This document shows, one piece after another, positions 18,801 through 28,684 of a stretch of 64,000 nt of DNA (its first letter is position 1; every line of letters begins with the position of its first letter). A program made the translations under genes and the position numbers. Source of the stretch: Dehalococcoidia bacterium (GTDB lineage: Bacteria > Chloroflexota > Dehalococcoidia > UBA2979); NCBI GenBank assembly GCA_964291495.2, contig OZ219871.1, forward strand, positions 512,001 to 576,000. Direction: 5' to 3'. A model generated the notes under the pieces. That model had not been told where the DNA came from, searched no databases, and was given only the letters and a program-made list of their open reading frames with translations.

Positions 18801-20483
18801 TCAGTAGCCCATGTCGCGCAGCTGGCTGACCGTCCGCCCCATCTGCCGCTCTTCCGGGTCGATCGCGACGTCGATCAGCGCCGCCCGACCGGCGCCGAGG
18901 GCGCGCTGCAGCGCGGGCCCGATCTCCTCGGGCCGCTCGACATGCTCGGCGTGGCCGCCGAAGGCCTCCATCACCTTGTCGTAGCGCGCCTCCGGCACGT
19001 ACATCCCGACGCGCTCCGGGTAGTCGTCGCCGAAGAGGCCCTGCTCAAGCGTGCTGCCGAGGATCCCCTGGTTGTTGTCGACGATGAAGATGACCGGCAG
19101 GTTGTGGCGCAGCGCCGTCTCGATCTCCATGCCGTTGAAGCCGAACGCGCTGTCGCCGTTCACGCTGATCACCGTGGCCTCGGGCCGGGCGAGTTGCGCG
19201 CCGATCGCGAACGGCACGCCCGTGCCGATGCAGGCGTTGGTCCCGGAGTTGAGGCGCGTGGCCGGCCCGAAGCTCTGCAGCACCTGGCGCGCGGTCGCCA
19301 TCGTGATCTCGCCGTCGACGGTGATGATCGCGTCGCGCGGCGCGGCGTTGCGGATCTCGTTCATCAGCCGGTAGTGCGAGATCGGCATCTTGTCCGAGGC
19401 GAGCAGCGGCGCGAGGCGCTCCGCGTTCCGCGCGAGCGTCTCCCGCAGCTCGTGCCGCCACGGCGACTCGGCACGCTGCTCGGCCAGACCTTCCGTGCGG
19501 CCCTCGAGGGCTTCGCCGAGCTGCCGCAGCACGTGGCCGACGTCACCGGCGATGCCGACATCGACGTCCTTCTGGAGGCCGATCTCCTCGGCGTCGATGT
19601 CGACCTGGATCAGTTTCGCGTCGGGGGCGAAGCCCTGGCCCATCTGGAACATCCAGTTGAGCCGCGCGGCCAGCACCACCACCACGTCCGCGCCGCGCAT
19701 CGCCTGGCTCCGCGCGGCGGCGACGTTGAGCGGGTGGTCGTCGGGGATGAAGCCGCGCCCCATCGGCGAGGTGAGGAACGGGACGCCGAGGTCGTCTACG
19801 AGCTGCTGCAGATCGCCGAACGCCTCGTCGCCGCCCCAGCGCACGCCCTTGCCGACGATCAGCAGGGGGCGCTCGGCGTTGAGCAGCAGCTCGGCCGCCT
19901 CCTCGATCAGCAGCGGGTCGCCCTGCGCCTTGGCGGGCGGCGTGCTGCTGATCGCGCGGCGGATCTCGATGTCCTCGACCTCCTCGCGCAACACGTCGAG
20001 GGGGAGGTCGATGTAGACGGGACCGGGCCGGCCGCTCAGCGCCTTGTGGTAGCCCATCGCGATCAGCTCGGGGATGCGCTCGGCGCTGTCCGCCTGGATC
20101 GCCCACTTCGTGATCGGCTGCATCATCGCGACCGAGTCGGCCTCCTGGAAGGTCATCCGCCCGCGCTGGTGCAGCGCCGCCGAACCGCCGAGGACGAGCA
20201 GCGGGTAGCCGCTGTCCCAGGCGACGTGGACGCCGGTGACCGTGTTCGTGACGCCGGGGCCGGAGCCGGTCATCGCCACGCCGACCCTGCCGGCGACGTA
20301 GCCGTGCGCGATCGCCATGAACGAGGCGCCCTGCTCGTGGCGGACGCCGATCGGCCGCACGCCGATCTCGCCGCAGGCGCCGATCACGTTGGTGACCGGA
20401 CCGGCGACGATCGTGAAGATCGCGTCCGCTCCCTGGTCCTGGAGCGCCCTCGCAACCAGCATGCTCCCGGGGGTTCCCGACAT
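18801..20483 (-). CDS. Thiamine-diphosphate enzyme, 2-hydroxyacyl-CoA lyase / oxalyl-CoA decarboxylase family
   Basis: RHEQGASF, SGPG, GRPGPVYIDLP, GDSAFGFNGMEIETA...NN. Confidence 0.88.
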   Translation of the reverse strand: MSGTPGSMLVARALQDQGADAIFTIVAGPVTNVIGACGEIGVRPIGVRHEQGASFMAIAHGYVAGRVGVAMTGSGPGVTNTVTGVHVAWDSGYPLLVLGGSAALHQRGRMTFQEADSVAMMQPITKWAIQADSAERIPELIAMGYHKALSGRPGPVYIDLPLDVLREEVEDIEIRRAISSTPPAKAQGDPLLIEEAAELLLNAERPLLIVGKGVRWGGDEAFGDLQQLVDDLGVPFLTSPMGRGFIPDDHPLNVAAARSQAMRGADVVVVLAARLNWMFQMGQGFAPDAKLIQVDIDAEEIGLQKDVDVGIAGDVGHVLRQLGEALEGRTEGLAEQRAESPWRHELRETLARNAERLAPLLASDKMPISHYRLMNEIRNAAPRDAIITVDGEITMATARQVLQSFGPATRLNSGTNACIGTGVPFAIGAQLARPEATVISVNGDSAFGFNGMEIETALRHNLPVIFIVDNNQGILGSTLEQGLFGDDYPERVGMYVPEARYDKVMEAFGGHAEHVERPEEIGPALQRALGAGRAALIDVAIDPEERQMGRTVSQLRDMGY

Positions 20484-20505
20484 CGGATCGTCCCTTCCCG
20501 TGTAC

Positions 20506-21705
20506 CTAACCGGCGGCGGTCACGCGCTCATCGTGCAGCCGCTCGATCTCCTTCCAGTCGTAGCCGAGGGCCAGCAGCACCTCCTCGGTGTGCTGGCCGA
20601 GCTCCGGGGCCGGGCCCTGCACCCCGCCGGGCGTCTCGCTGAAGCGGACGGGCACGCCCACCGAGAGGTACTCGTCAAAGTGGGGGTGCTCGACCTCGAC
20701 GATGTAGCCGTTGTCCCAGAACTGCGGCTCGTCGAGGACCTCCGCGTACTCCAGCACGGGGCCGCAGGGCACGCCCTCGGCAAGCATACGGTCCAGCCAG
20801 TACTGACGTGGCTGGGTGAGCAGCGTTCCCTTCACCTCCTGCAGGAGCCAGTCGGCGTGCTCGCGGCGCGCGAAGGCATCGGCGCTGCGCTGATCCGTGA
20901 TCAGGTCATCCCGCTCGATCGCGCGGCAGAGGCCGGGCCAGTCCTTCGGATCGAGGACGCCGACGGTCAGCCACTTGCCGTCGCCCGCCTCGTGCCAGCC
21001 GAAGGCGGCCTGGTTGTAGCCGCCGGCGCCCTCGCGCACCTCCTGGTGCTTGGTGTGCAGGAAGTTCGCCAGCGTCAGGTTCTGCACGGTCATCATGCTG
21101 CCCAGCAGCGAGGCGTCGACGCGCTGGCCCGTGCCGAAGCGCTCGCGCGCGACGATCGCGGCCATGATCCCGTAGGCGAAGATCATGCTGCCCGACTGGT
21201 CGGCCAGGCCCCACTGCACGGCCTGCGGCTCTTGGCCCGGTCCCCCGCCCTGGGCGATCAGCGCGCCGCTCATGCCCTGCGCGATGTGATCGAAGGAGGC
21301 GCGCTGCGACCACTCGCCGATCGGGCCGAAGCCGGTCGTCGAGCCGTAGATCAGCCGCTCGTTGTGCGTGCGCAGCTCCTCGTAGCCAAGTCCGAGGGCG
21401 TCCATCACGCCGCTCCGGAAGTTCTCCATGACCACGTCGACCTGCGGCACGAGCTTGTAGATGATCTCGCGCGCCTGCGGCTTGCGGAGGTCGAGCGTGA
21501 TGCTGCGCTTGCCGCGGTTGTTGCCCTCGAAGTAGGAGCAGAACCCGTCCGGCAGGCGGCCCAGCGAGCGCCCCGGGTCGCCGTTGCCCGGCACCTCCAC
21601 CTTGAGGACGTCGGCGCCCATATCGGACAGCATCGCCGTGGCGTGGGGGCCGTTCTGGTAGCGGGTGAAATCGAGGATGCGAATCCCATCGAGCGGTCCG
21701 GGCAT
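20506..21705 (-). CDS. Family III CoA-transferase (CaiB/BaiF/Frc)
   Basis: PLDGIRILDFT, NRGKRSITLDL, ENFR, APELGQHT. Confidence 0.93.
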   Translation of the reverse strand: MPGPLDGIRILDFTRYQNGPHATAMLSDMGADVLKVEVPGNGDPGRSLGRLPDGFCSYFEGNNRGKRSITLDLRKPQAREIIYKLVPQVDVVMENFRSGVMDALGLGYEELRTHNERLIYGSTTGFGPIGEWSQRASFDHIAQGMSGALIAQGGGPGQEPQAVQWGLADQSGSMIFAYGIMAAIVARERFGTGQRVDASLLGSMMTVQNLTLANFLHTKHQEVREGAGGYNQAAFGWHEAGDGKWLTVGVLDPKDWPGLCRAIERDDLITDQRSADAFARREHADWLLQEVKGTLLTQPRQYWLDRMLAEGVPCGPVLEYAEVLDEPQFWDNGYIVEVEHPHFDEYLSVGVPVRFSETPGGVQGPAPELGQHTEEVLLALGYDWKEIERLHDERVTAAG

Positions 21706-21747
21706 GGCGTGCCTCCTTTCGGACCTCGCTGGTGCGTCAGCGGGGGG

Positions 21748-22683
21748 CTACTCCGCGCCGCGCAGCCGCGGATCGAGGACGTCGCGCAGTGCGTCGCCGA
21801 ACATATTGAGCGAGTAGACGGTGAGCGCGATCGCCAACCCGGGGAAGAGCGCGAGATAGGGATGCTGCTGCATCCCCGCCTGCGCCTCCTGCAGCATCCG
21901 GCCCCACGAGGGGAACGGCGGCTGCACCCCGAACCCGAGAAACGACAGCGTCGATTCGATCAGGATCACGAACCCGATCTGGATCGAGATGTTGACGATG
22001 ATCACCGTCACCACGTTGGGGAAGATGTGCCGCGCCAGGATGCGCAGGTCGGACGCGCCGAGCGCCTGTGCCGCCTCCACGAAGTCGTTTTGCTTCGTCG
22101 AGATCGTCTGGCTGCGGACCACCCTCGAGGCGCCCGCCGTGAAGAGGATGCCAATCGTCACGATCAGGCTGATCTGGCTGGCGGTGGAGTCGCGCGGCAC
22201 CGTGGAGGTGATTACGGAGATGATGAAGATCACGAAGATCAGGCCCGGGAACGCCTGCCAGGCGTCGATCAGGCGCTGCGCGAACAGGTCGAACGTCCCT
22301 CCGTAGTAGCCGGAGACGATGCCGATGATGCTGGACCCGATGGTGGCGATGACGACCGCGCCGAGACCGATGATCACGGAGGCGCGCGCCCCGAAGATCA
22401 CGCGGCTCAGCACGTCGCGGCCCTGATCGTCCGTGCCGAAGGGGTGCTCGGGCGTCGGTCCGACGAAGCGGTTGAACACGTCGATGTCGGCGTAGTGGAA
22501 CGGCGCCACCAGGTTTCCGAACAGCGCCAGCAGCAGCAGCACCAGCATGATCAGGCCGCCGAAGGCGCCGAGCGGCTTGCGGCGCACGAAGCGCAGCACG
22601 CTGAGCAGCGCACGAAGCGGGCGCGCGCGTTCCTCGCGGAGCCCTGTCGCCCGGGCGGCCAGTGCGGCGCTTGCGTCCGCCAT
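21748..22683 (-). CDS. ABC transporter permease (DppC-like)
   Basis: HPFGTDDQGRD, FVEAAQALGA, RHIFPN, DALRDVLDPR. Confidence 0.93.
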   Translation of the reverse strand: MADASAALAARATGLREERARPLRALLSVLRFVRRKPLGAFGGLIMLVLLLLALFGNLVAPFHYADIDVFNRFVGPTPEHPFGTDDQGRDVLSRVIFGARASVIIGLGAVVIATIGSSIIGIVSGYYGGTFDLFAQRLIDAWQAFPGLIFVIFIISVITSTVPRDSTASQISLIVTIGILFTAGASRVVRSQTISTKQNDFVEAAQALGASDLRILARHIFPNVVTVIIVNISIQIGFVILIESTLSFLGFGVQPPFPSWGRMLQEAQAGMQQHPYLALFPGLAIALTVYSLNMFGDALRDVLDPRLRGAE

Positions 22684-23639
22684 CAGCCGTACCTGATGCG
22701 GGGATCGATGATCGCGTAGGAGAGATCGACGATCAGGTTGCTGAGGACGACGACGATAGCGGAGAGCAGCACCACCGCCTGCACGGCCGGGTAGTCGCGC
22801 TGCTCGAGCGAGGTGAGCAGGAAGTTGCCCATCCCCGGTATCGAGAAGATGCGCTCCAGCACCACGGTGCCGCCGACCAGCAGCCCGACCTGGAGACCGA
22901 TCACCGTCACCACGGGAAGCGCGGCGTTACGCAGCGCGTGGCGGATGATCACGTGGCGCTCCTGCAGTCCCTTCGCGCGCGCCGTCCGCACGTAGTCCTG
23001 GCGCAGCACCTCCAGCATCGTCGAGCGCGTGAGCCGCATCACGGAACCGGCGAGGGCGCCGCCGAGGATGATCGCCGGGACCCAGAGGATCTGGAGGTTG
23101 GTGATCGGCTCGTCCCAGATATTGCGGTACTGGATCGGCGGAACCCAGCCGAAGAACTGGAAGCCGTAGACGATCGCCATCAGCCCCAGCCAGAAGCTGG
23201 GCACCGCGAGCAAGAGGATCGCGAGGCTCCTGGTGACGTAGTCCACCCAGGTGTCCTGCCAGACGGCCGAGGTGACGCCAACCGGGATCGCCATGGTGAT
23301 CGAGAACGCCATCGCCATGATGCCCAGTTGCATGCTGATCGGCAGCTTGCGCCTCACGTCCTCGAAAACCGGACGATCGGTCAGGAAGGACTGCCCGAAG
23401 TCGCCGGTGACGATGCCGAGCAGCCACTCGGCGTATTGCTGGGGGATCGCGGTATTGAGGTTGTACTTGTGCGCGACCTTCGCCCGGAACTCCGGATCGA
23501 TCGCGCCGTCCTCAAGCTCCGAGGCCATCAGGTCGATCACGTCTCCGGGCAGGAAGCGCACGGCCATGAAGACGAAGAGCGTGATGAAAAACAGCGTCGG
23601 GACGAGCAGCAGGACGCGGCGGATGATGTACGTCTGGAT
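22683..23639 (-). CDS. ABC transporter permease (DppB-like); probable non-canonical ATC start
   Basis: Frame extends upstream of ATG 23567 as IQTYIIRRVLLLVPTLFFIT (typical DppB N-terminus); DYVRTARAKGL, HALRNA. Confidence 0.88.
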   Translation of the reverse strand: MQTYIIRRVLLLVPTLFFITLFVFMAVRFLPGDVIDLMASELEDGAIDPEFRAKVAHKYNLNTAIPQQYAEWLLGIVTGDFGQSFLTDRPVFEDVRRKLPISMQLGIMAMAFSITMAIPVGVTSAVWQDTWVDYVTRSLAILLLAVPSFWLGLMAIVYGFQFFGWVPPIQYRNIWDEPITNLQILWVPAIILGGALAGSVMRLTRSTMLEVLRQDYVRTARAKGLQERHVIIRHALRNAALPVVTVIGLQVGLLVGGTVVLERIFSIPGMGNFLLTSLEQRDYPAVQAVVLLSAIVVVLSNLIVDLSYAIIDPRIRYG

Positions 23640-23794
23640 GGCCCGTGCCCCCAGCCTACCGAGGCGCTGCCCTCAACCGCGGGCGAGCCGGGGATGCCGG
23701 GCGTTTCCGCCCGGCTCCCCAACGCCCCCCTGCTGCTGCGTCGTGCGGCCCCGGACCGCGCGACGAATCGGACGGTTCTTCGTTGCCTCCGTCG

Positions 23795-25732
23795 CTACTT
23801 CTCGATCCAGACGTCGGTGTAGCGCGTCTGGTAGCCGCTGTCGCCGCGGGCGGTGAAGTGCGCCTCGGCGACGTTCATCCGCGGGCTGTAGGCGCCCCAG
23901 CCGAGCTGCCAGCCGACGCTCGGCACGTACCACATCGGCTCGACGAGGAAACGCTGGATGTCGCGGATCTTCTCGTTCCGCACCTCCAGGTCCAGCTCGC
24001 TGAGGATGTCGTTCACCTTGTCCACGATCACCGGATCGTGGATCTGGCTTTGGTTGCGGTTCGAGGGCAGCCGGTAGTTGAGCGAAAGCAGCAGCCCCAT
24101 GTCCGGCGCGACGTTGAGGATCATCGCAAGCCCGTTGAAGTCGCCCTGCGTCGTCATCGGCGTGTAGACCGAGGAATGGTCATCGACGTTGATCTTGAGA
24201 TCGATCCCCGCCTCGCGCACGATCTGGGCGATCAGTTCGCCCTCGAGCCTCCACTCCGCGCCGTAGGCGCCGGTGTAGTGGAACTCCGCCGAGAAGCCGT
24301 CCGGGTAGCCGGCGGCGGCGAGCAGCTTCTTCGACTCCGCCACGTCGTGGCGGATCCACTTGCCGGTCACCTCGTCCGTGCGCGGGTCGATCGACTGGCC
24401 CGGGATGCCGGCCGGCATCATGTTGTGCCAGGAGACCGCGTCGCTGACGTTGAAGCCCTCCGCGTCCAGTTTGGAGACGTTGTAGACCGCCTCGAGCAGC
24501 GCGTCCCGGTCGATCGCGAGCGAGACGGCGTGGCGCACGCGGTCGTCGCTCCAGGGCGCGTCGCCGTTGCCCAGCCAGGAGCGCGGCTCGCCGAAGGCGA
24601 GGTAGCTCCAGCCGAGGCGCTTGGAGGCGAAGATGAAAGCGTTCGGCATCTCCTCCCGCAGCGTGAGCAGCTCGTTCGCGCTGAACCTCGGGAGCTCGTC
24701 CAGGTTGCCGGCCTTGAACTGCACCAGCTGGTTGGCGCTGCCGGAGATGACGGAGATCTCGATGCCGTCGACGTAGGCCCGCTCCGGGCCGCCCCACCAC
24801 TCCGGATTGCGCTTCAGCTTGTAGTTGACGCCGGGATCCTGGCCGTCCCAGAGGAAGGCGCCGGCCCCGATCATCTCGACACCGGGGTCGAAGGCGGTGC
24901 CCGCCTCGCGAGGCATGATCACCATGCTCCAGAGGTCACCGAGGTCGAAGAGGGCGCGCGGGTTGGGGCGCACCATCTTGATCACCGGCGTGTCCGGGTC
25001 CGGCGTCTCCACGGTGTCCACGAAGTCCAGCGAGCTCGCGTTCGGCGCGCCCGAGGGCAGCGTGGCGTGCGGCTCCGGCCGGCCGGTGAAGCGCTGCACG
25101 GAGAACTTCACGTCCTCGGAGTCCAGCTTGCGGCTGATCGGCGCCGAGATCATCGCGTTCGGCTGCAGCGTGCCGGTGAGCTGGAGGCCGTCCGGCGTCA
25201 GCTCCCAGTCCGCCATGAGGCCGGCCTGCATCTCGGCGATCGGATGGTCCGCGAGAGCCGCGGGCTGCTGCCGGAAGAGCGTCCCGTAGACGGCCTCGCC
25301 CATCGGCTTGCCGCGCGTGTCCATCGAGGCGTGCGGGTCCAGCTGCTGCGGGCCGGTCGAGTTGGACTGGCGGAAGGTGCCGCCCATGACCGGCTCGCCG
25401 CGGTTGCCTCCGCCAAGCCGCGCGACCTCGGCGGGTGGCGGAGGCGTGGCCGTGGGCACGGGCGTCCGCTGCACCGCGGCCTGGGTGGGCGTGGGCGTAG
25501 CCGTGGGGACAGGGGTGGCCGGCGCAGCCGTGGCCGTCGCGGCCGCGGCCTCCGTCGCCGCCGGGGCCTGCGTGGCCGCGGGAGCCGCCGGTGCATCGTC
25601 GTCATCGTCGTCGCCGCAGCCGATCAGCGCCGCTGCGGCCAGCCCGGCGCTGCCCATTGCGGCGCCGCGCAGCAGCGATCGTCGTGTGGTGAGCACCCTC
25701 ATGAGCCGTGCGAGCTCGCGTTCATCATTCAT
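23795..25732 (-). CDS. ABC transporter substrate-binding protein, family 5 (Tat lipoprotein)
   Basis: TRRSLLRG twin-arginine signal, ALIGC lipobox, LDPH, DDRVRHAVSLAIDR. Confidence 0.9.
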   Translation of the reverse strand: MNDERELARLMRVLTTRRSLLRGAAMGSAGLAAAALIGCGDDDDDDAPAAPAATQAPAATEAAAATATAAPATPVPTATPTPTQAAVQRTPVPTATPPPPAEVARLGGGNRGEPVMGGTFRQSNSTGPQQLDPHASMDTRGKPMGEAVYGTLFRQQPAALADHPIAEMQAGLMADWELTPDGLQLTGTLQPNAMISAPISRKLDSEDVKFSVQRFTGRPEPHATLPSGAPNASSLDFVDTVETPDPDTPVIKMVRPNPRALFDLGDLWSMVIMPREAGTAFDPGVEMIGAGAFLWDGQDPGVNYKLKRNPEWWGGPERAYVDGIEISVISGSANQLVQFKAGNLDELPRFSANELLTLREEMPNAFIFASKRLGWSYLAFGEPRSWLGNGDAPWSDDRVRHAVSLAIDRDALLEAVYNVSKLDAEGFNVSDAVSWHNMMPAGIPGQSIDPRTDEVTGKWIRHDVAESKKLLAAAGYPDGFSAEFHYTGAYGAEWRLEGELIAQIVREAGIDLKINVDDHSSVYTPMTTQGDFNGLAMILNVAPDMGLLLSLNYRLPSNRNQSQIHDPVIVDKVNDILSELDLEVRNEKIRDIQRFLVEPMWYVPSVGWQLGWGAYSPRMNVAEAHFTARGDSGYQTRYTDVWIEK

Positions 25733-25794
25733 GTGATGCCCCCTTTGCGGCTTGGTCCCTTGTCGTGCTCCGTTCGCCGTTCGGCTGTTGCGAG

Positions 25795-25822
25795 GCGGGG
25801 CGCCCTTGAGAGGCGCCCCGCC
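25795..25822. terminator. GC-rich stem-loop between the amidohydrolase and SBP genes (terminator or mRNA-stabilising hairpin)
   Basis: ggcggggcgcc ... ggcgccccgcc inverted repeat, no U-tract. Confidence 0.4.
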
Positions 25823-25834
25823 AGCGGTCAGCGG

Positions 25835-27046
25835 CTAGTAGTCGAGGTTGTATACGCGCGCGGCGTTGTCGTGGAGGATCTTCTGCAGCGTCTCTCTCGG
25901 CAGCGAGCTGAGGTTGCGCTCGATGAAGTCCTTCGGCTTGTCCGCGACCGAGGCCGGACCCGGCGACATGCTCGTCGGATGCGGGAAGTCCGTCTCGTAG
26001 AGCACGTTGTCGGGAATCATCTCGATCGTGTGCAGCGCCACCTCGCGCTCGAACCAGAAGCAGGCGTAGACCTGGCGCCTGAAGTACTCGCTCGGCAGCA
26101 GGTCCATCTCCGGGTGCTCGTCACGCCCTCCGGCGTTCAGCCACTGCCAGTCGACCGCCTCGAGGACGTACGGCACCCAGCCGATGCCGCTCTCCACGGA
26201 GACGAAGTTCAGGTTCGGGTGGCGGTGGCAGATGCCGGAGATCAGGATCTCCATGATCCCGTTCATGTTGTCCATGAAGAAGCGCACCGTGCCCGCCGAG
26301 TAGTTCGCCTGCTGGCCGTTGCCCTCGTAGCCGCCGTGCACGTCGACCGGGTTCCCGGAGCCGATGTGGAAGTTGATGCTCAGGCCCAGGTCCTCGGCGG
26401 TGTGCCAAACCGGGTTCCAGTGCGGGTCCGCCAGCATCGGCGAGTCGCCGAAGAGGTGCGGCTGCTGCGGGAAGAGCACGCCCTTGTGGCCCAGCTTCGC
26501 GCAGCGCTCGATCTCCTTGACCGTCTCATCCACGTCCCAGAAGGGGACCGCCATGATCGGCAATAGCCGGTCCGGGTTGAGGCCGCACCACTCGTGCAGG
26601 AAGTCGTTGTAGGCCTGAACACAGGCCAGCATCAGCTCCGGGTCCTCGAGCTTGAGGAAGTTCTGGTTCCCGAAGCCGGCCACGTTCGGGTAGATGACGT
26701 GGGCGTACATCCCGTACTCGTCCATGCGCTCCAGGCGCTTCTCCGCGTCGTAGGCGCCGGGGTCGAAGTCCTCGATCGTGGAGGGGTGCGCCGGGGGCCA
26801 CTCGCGCCAGCCGGCCATGGTCGTGATCCCGATCGGCGAGGAGGGCTTGCCGTTGAGGATCCAGATGTCGCGCGGCATGTCCGGGTCCGCGCTCGGATCC
26901 CAATGCCTCGCCGTGTCCCAGGGGATGGTCCGTACATGGGGCACCATGTCGCCCCACTTCTTGGTCGAGACTCGCGAGGTGAAGAGGTCGTAGGGCTCCG
27001 TCACGTGCGTGTCGACATCGATGACCTTGATCTCGTCGGTGATCAT
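25835..27046 (-). CDS. Amidohydrolase family protein (Amidohydro_2)
   Basis: IDVDTHVTEP, QAYNDFL, NFHIGSG, VESGIGW, ETDFPH. Confidence 0.9.
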   Translation of the reverse strand: MITDEIKVIDVDTHVTEPYDLFTSRVSTKKWGDMVPHVRTIPWDTARHWDPSADPDMPRDIWILNGKPSSPIGITTMAGWREWPPAHPSTIEDFDPGAYDAEKRLERMDEYGMYAHVIYPNVAGFGNQNFLKLEDPELMLACVQAYNDFLHEWCGLNPDRLLPIMAVPFWDVDETVKEIERCAKLGHKGVLFPQQPHLFGDSPMLADPHWNPVWHTAEDLGLSINFHIGSGNPVDVHGGYEGNGQQANYSAGTVRFFMDNMNGIMEILISGICHRHPNLNFVSVESGIGWVPYVLEAVDWQWLNAGGRDEHPEMDLLPSEYFRRQVYACFWFEREVALHTIEMIPDNVLYETDFPHPTSMSPGPASVADKPKDFIERNLSSLPRETLQKILHDNAARVYNLDY

Positions 27047-27197
27047 GTTGCCTCCAACACGAGGCCATCGCCGGGGGAGGGGTCAGCCTCGCAAACGTGC
27101 CGGACCGGGGAGCAGGTCCACTGGGTGGGATGGTGGCGGGCCACGCTGAGAGCGCCGCGTTCCCCCTCGCCATTACTCATGGCATATCACTAACGTG

Positions 27198-27225
27198 ACT
27201 ATAGATTGGGGCCTACGGTTGTCAA
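27198..27225 (-). promoter_or_regulatory. Near-consensus sigma70-type promoter TTGACA-N16-TATAGT upstream of the 27046-18801 operon
   Basis: Minus strand ttgacaaccgtaggccccaatctatagt in an AT-rich island. Confidence 0.7.
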
Positions 27226-27317
27226 GGAAGCGCGGGCTCCCGGGCCCGACGGCTGCGCCGGCTTGAGGCCGCCACCAGCCGGCGCGCGAGCAATCGAGGG
27301 CGGGGGCGAGCCGATCG

Positions 27318-28532
27318 CTACCCGGGCGTGTTGTCGTATCCGGCCGTGATCGGCTGGTCCGTGCGCTGGCCGCTGCTGCCCGCCGGGCTGAAGCGCTCGA
27401 CCACCTCGCCCAGCTCGTCTCGCCCCGCCGCGGCCGGCGCCTCGGCGGGCTGTCCGGGCAGCGAGGCGACGTGCAGCGTCTGCGTCGGGAACGCGAACTC
27501 CACGCCCAGCTCCTCGGCCAGCCGCATGATGTCGAGGTTCAGCACATGCCGCGTGCGCAGCTCGGCGTTCCAGTCCGGCGCGGTGATGAAGCAGTAGACG
27601 AGGATCTCGAGCGATGACGCGCCGAAGTCGACGAACTCGACGATGTAGTAGTCCTTGCGCATGTCGGGGTTGGCGCGGACCAGCGCGCGGATGCCCTCGG
27701 TGAAGGCCTGTATCTGGTCGGGCGTGGTGTGGTAGGCGACGCCGAGGGTGGTCCGGTAGCGCCGCCACTGCCGCAGGCCCATGTTGTCCACCGAGGTGTC
27801 GACGATGCGCGCGTTCGGCACGGTCACCACTGAGTTGTAGAAGGTCCGCACCCGCGACGAGCGGAATCCCACGTGCTCGACCGTGCCCTCGAGATCACCG
27901 ACGACCACCCAGTCGCCCACCTGGAACGGGCGGTCGGCGAAGATCGTGACGCCTCCGAGGAGGTTGCGGAACGTGTCCTGCGCGGCGAGCGCCACCGCGA
28001 GCCCGCCGAGCCCGAGCCCGGCCACGAGCGATGTGATGTTCACACCGAGGTTCCCGAGGATGAAGAGCACGCCGATCACGAGCGTGGCCACCTTGAGGGT
28101 GGTGTTCGTGATCGGCACCAGTTGATCGTCGAGGCGGCTCTCGGTCAGCTCCGCGCGTCGCTCGAGCACGTCCGTGAAGATGTCGACGCCTCGGAAGCCG
28201 AGCAGCACGAGCGCGCCCGCGCCGAGCAGGCTCGCGAGTTGCTCGACGATGTCCTCGACGGCGACGGGGAAGTCGAGGGCCGGGAAACCCAGCAGGAACG
28301 TGACGGCCACGGCCAGCGCCCACAGCGCGCGCCCGAGGCGCCCGCGCTCCTCTTCCCAGAATCGGTGGTCGTCCTCGTCGAAGCGCGTCCGCACATAAAG
28401 CTTGAGCACCTGGTTGACGACCACGTAGGTGAGCGCGGAGACGGCGACCAGGATGACGAGCCCGAGGTACTGCTCGACCTCGATCCCGAGGTAGGTGTCC
28501 TGGAACCAGGCTGGTGCGAGGAAGGGGGGCAC
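27318..28532 (-). CDS. Small-conductance mechanosensitive channel (MscS family)
   Basis: GLGLGGLAVALAAQDT, DRPFQVGDWV, GTVEHVGFRSSRVRT, EFAFPTQT. Confidence 0.93.
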   Translation of the reverse strand: MPPFLAPAWFQDTYLGIEVEQYLGLVILVAVSALTYVVVNQVLKLYVRTRFDEDDHRFWEEERGRLGRALWALAVAVTFLLGFPALDFPVAVEDIVEQLASLLGAGALVLLGFRGVDIFTDVLERRAELTESRLDDQLVPITNTTLKVATLVIGVLFILGNLGVNITSLVAGLGLGGLAVALAAQDTFRNLLGGVTIFADRPFQVGDWVVVGDLEGTVEHVGFRSSRVRTFYNSVVTVPNARIVDTSVDNMGLRQWRRYRTTLGVAYHTTPDQIQAFTEGIRALVRANPDMRKDYYIVEFVDFGASSLEILVYCFITAPDWNAELRTRHVLNLDIMRLAEELGVEFAFPTQTLHVASLPGQPAEAPAAAGRDELGEVVERFSPAGSSGQRTDQPITAGYDNTPG

Positions 28533-28684
28533 GGCGACCTCCGGCGCCCTCAGCCTAACATTCGATGATGCGCATGCGCACCTTTGCAGATACGCCGTGC
28601 CCGAGCACGGAGCGGCGACGCGCTATGATCGCGCTCGCCATGCGGACCGGAACGAGTCCGCACCGTGCGAGGAAGGCTGATCGC

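Noticed and set aside
27047-27195. Riboswitch in the long leader of the amidohydrolase operon
   Set aside because: I could not recognise any known aptamer consensus by eye; an Infernal/Rfam search is needed.
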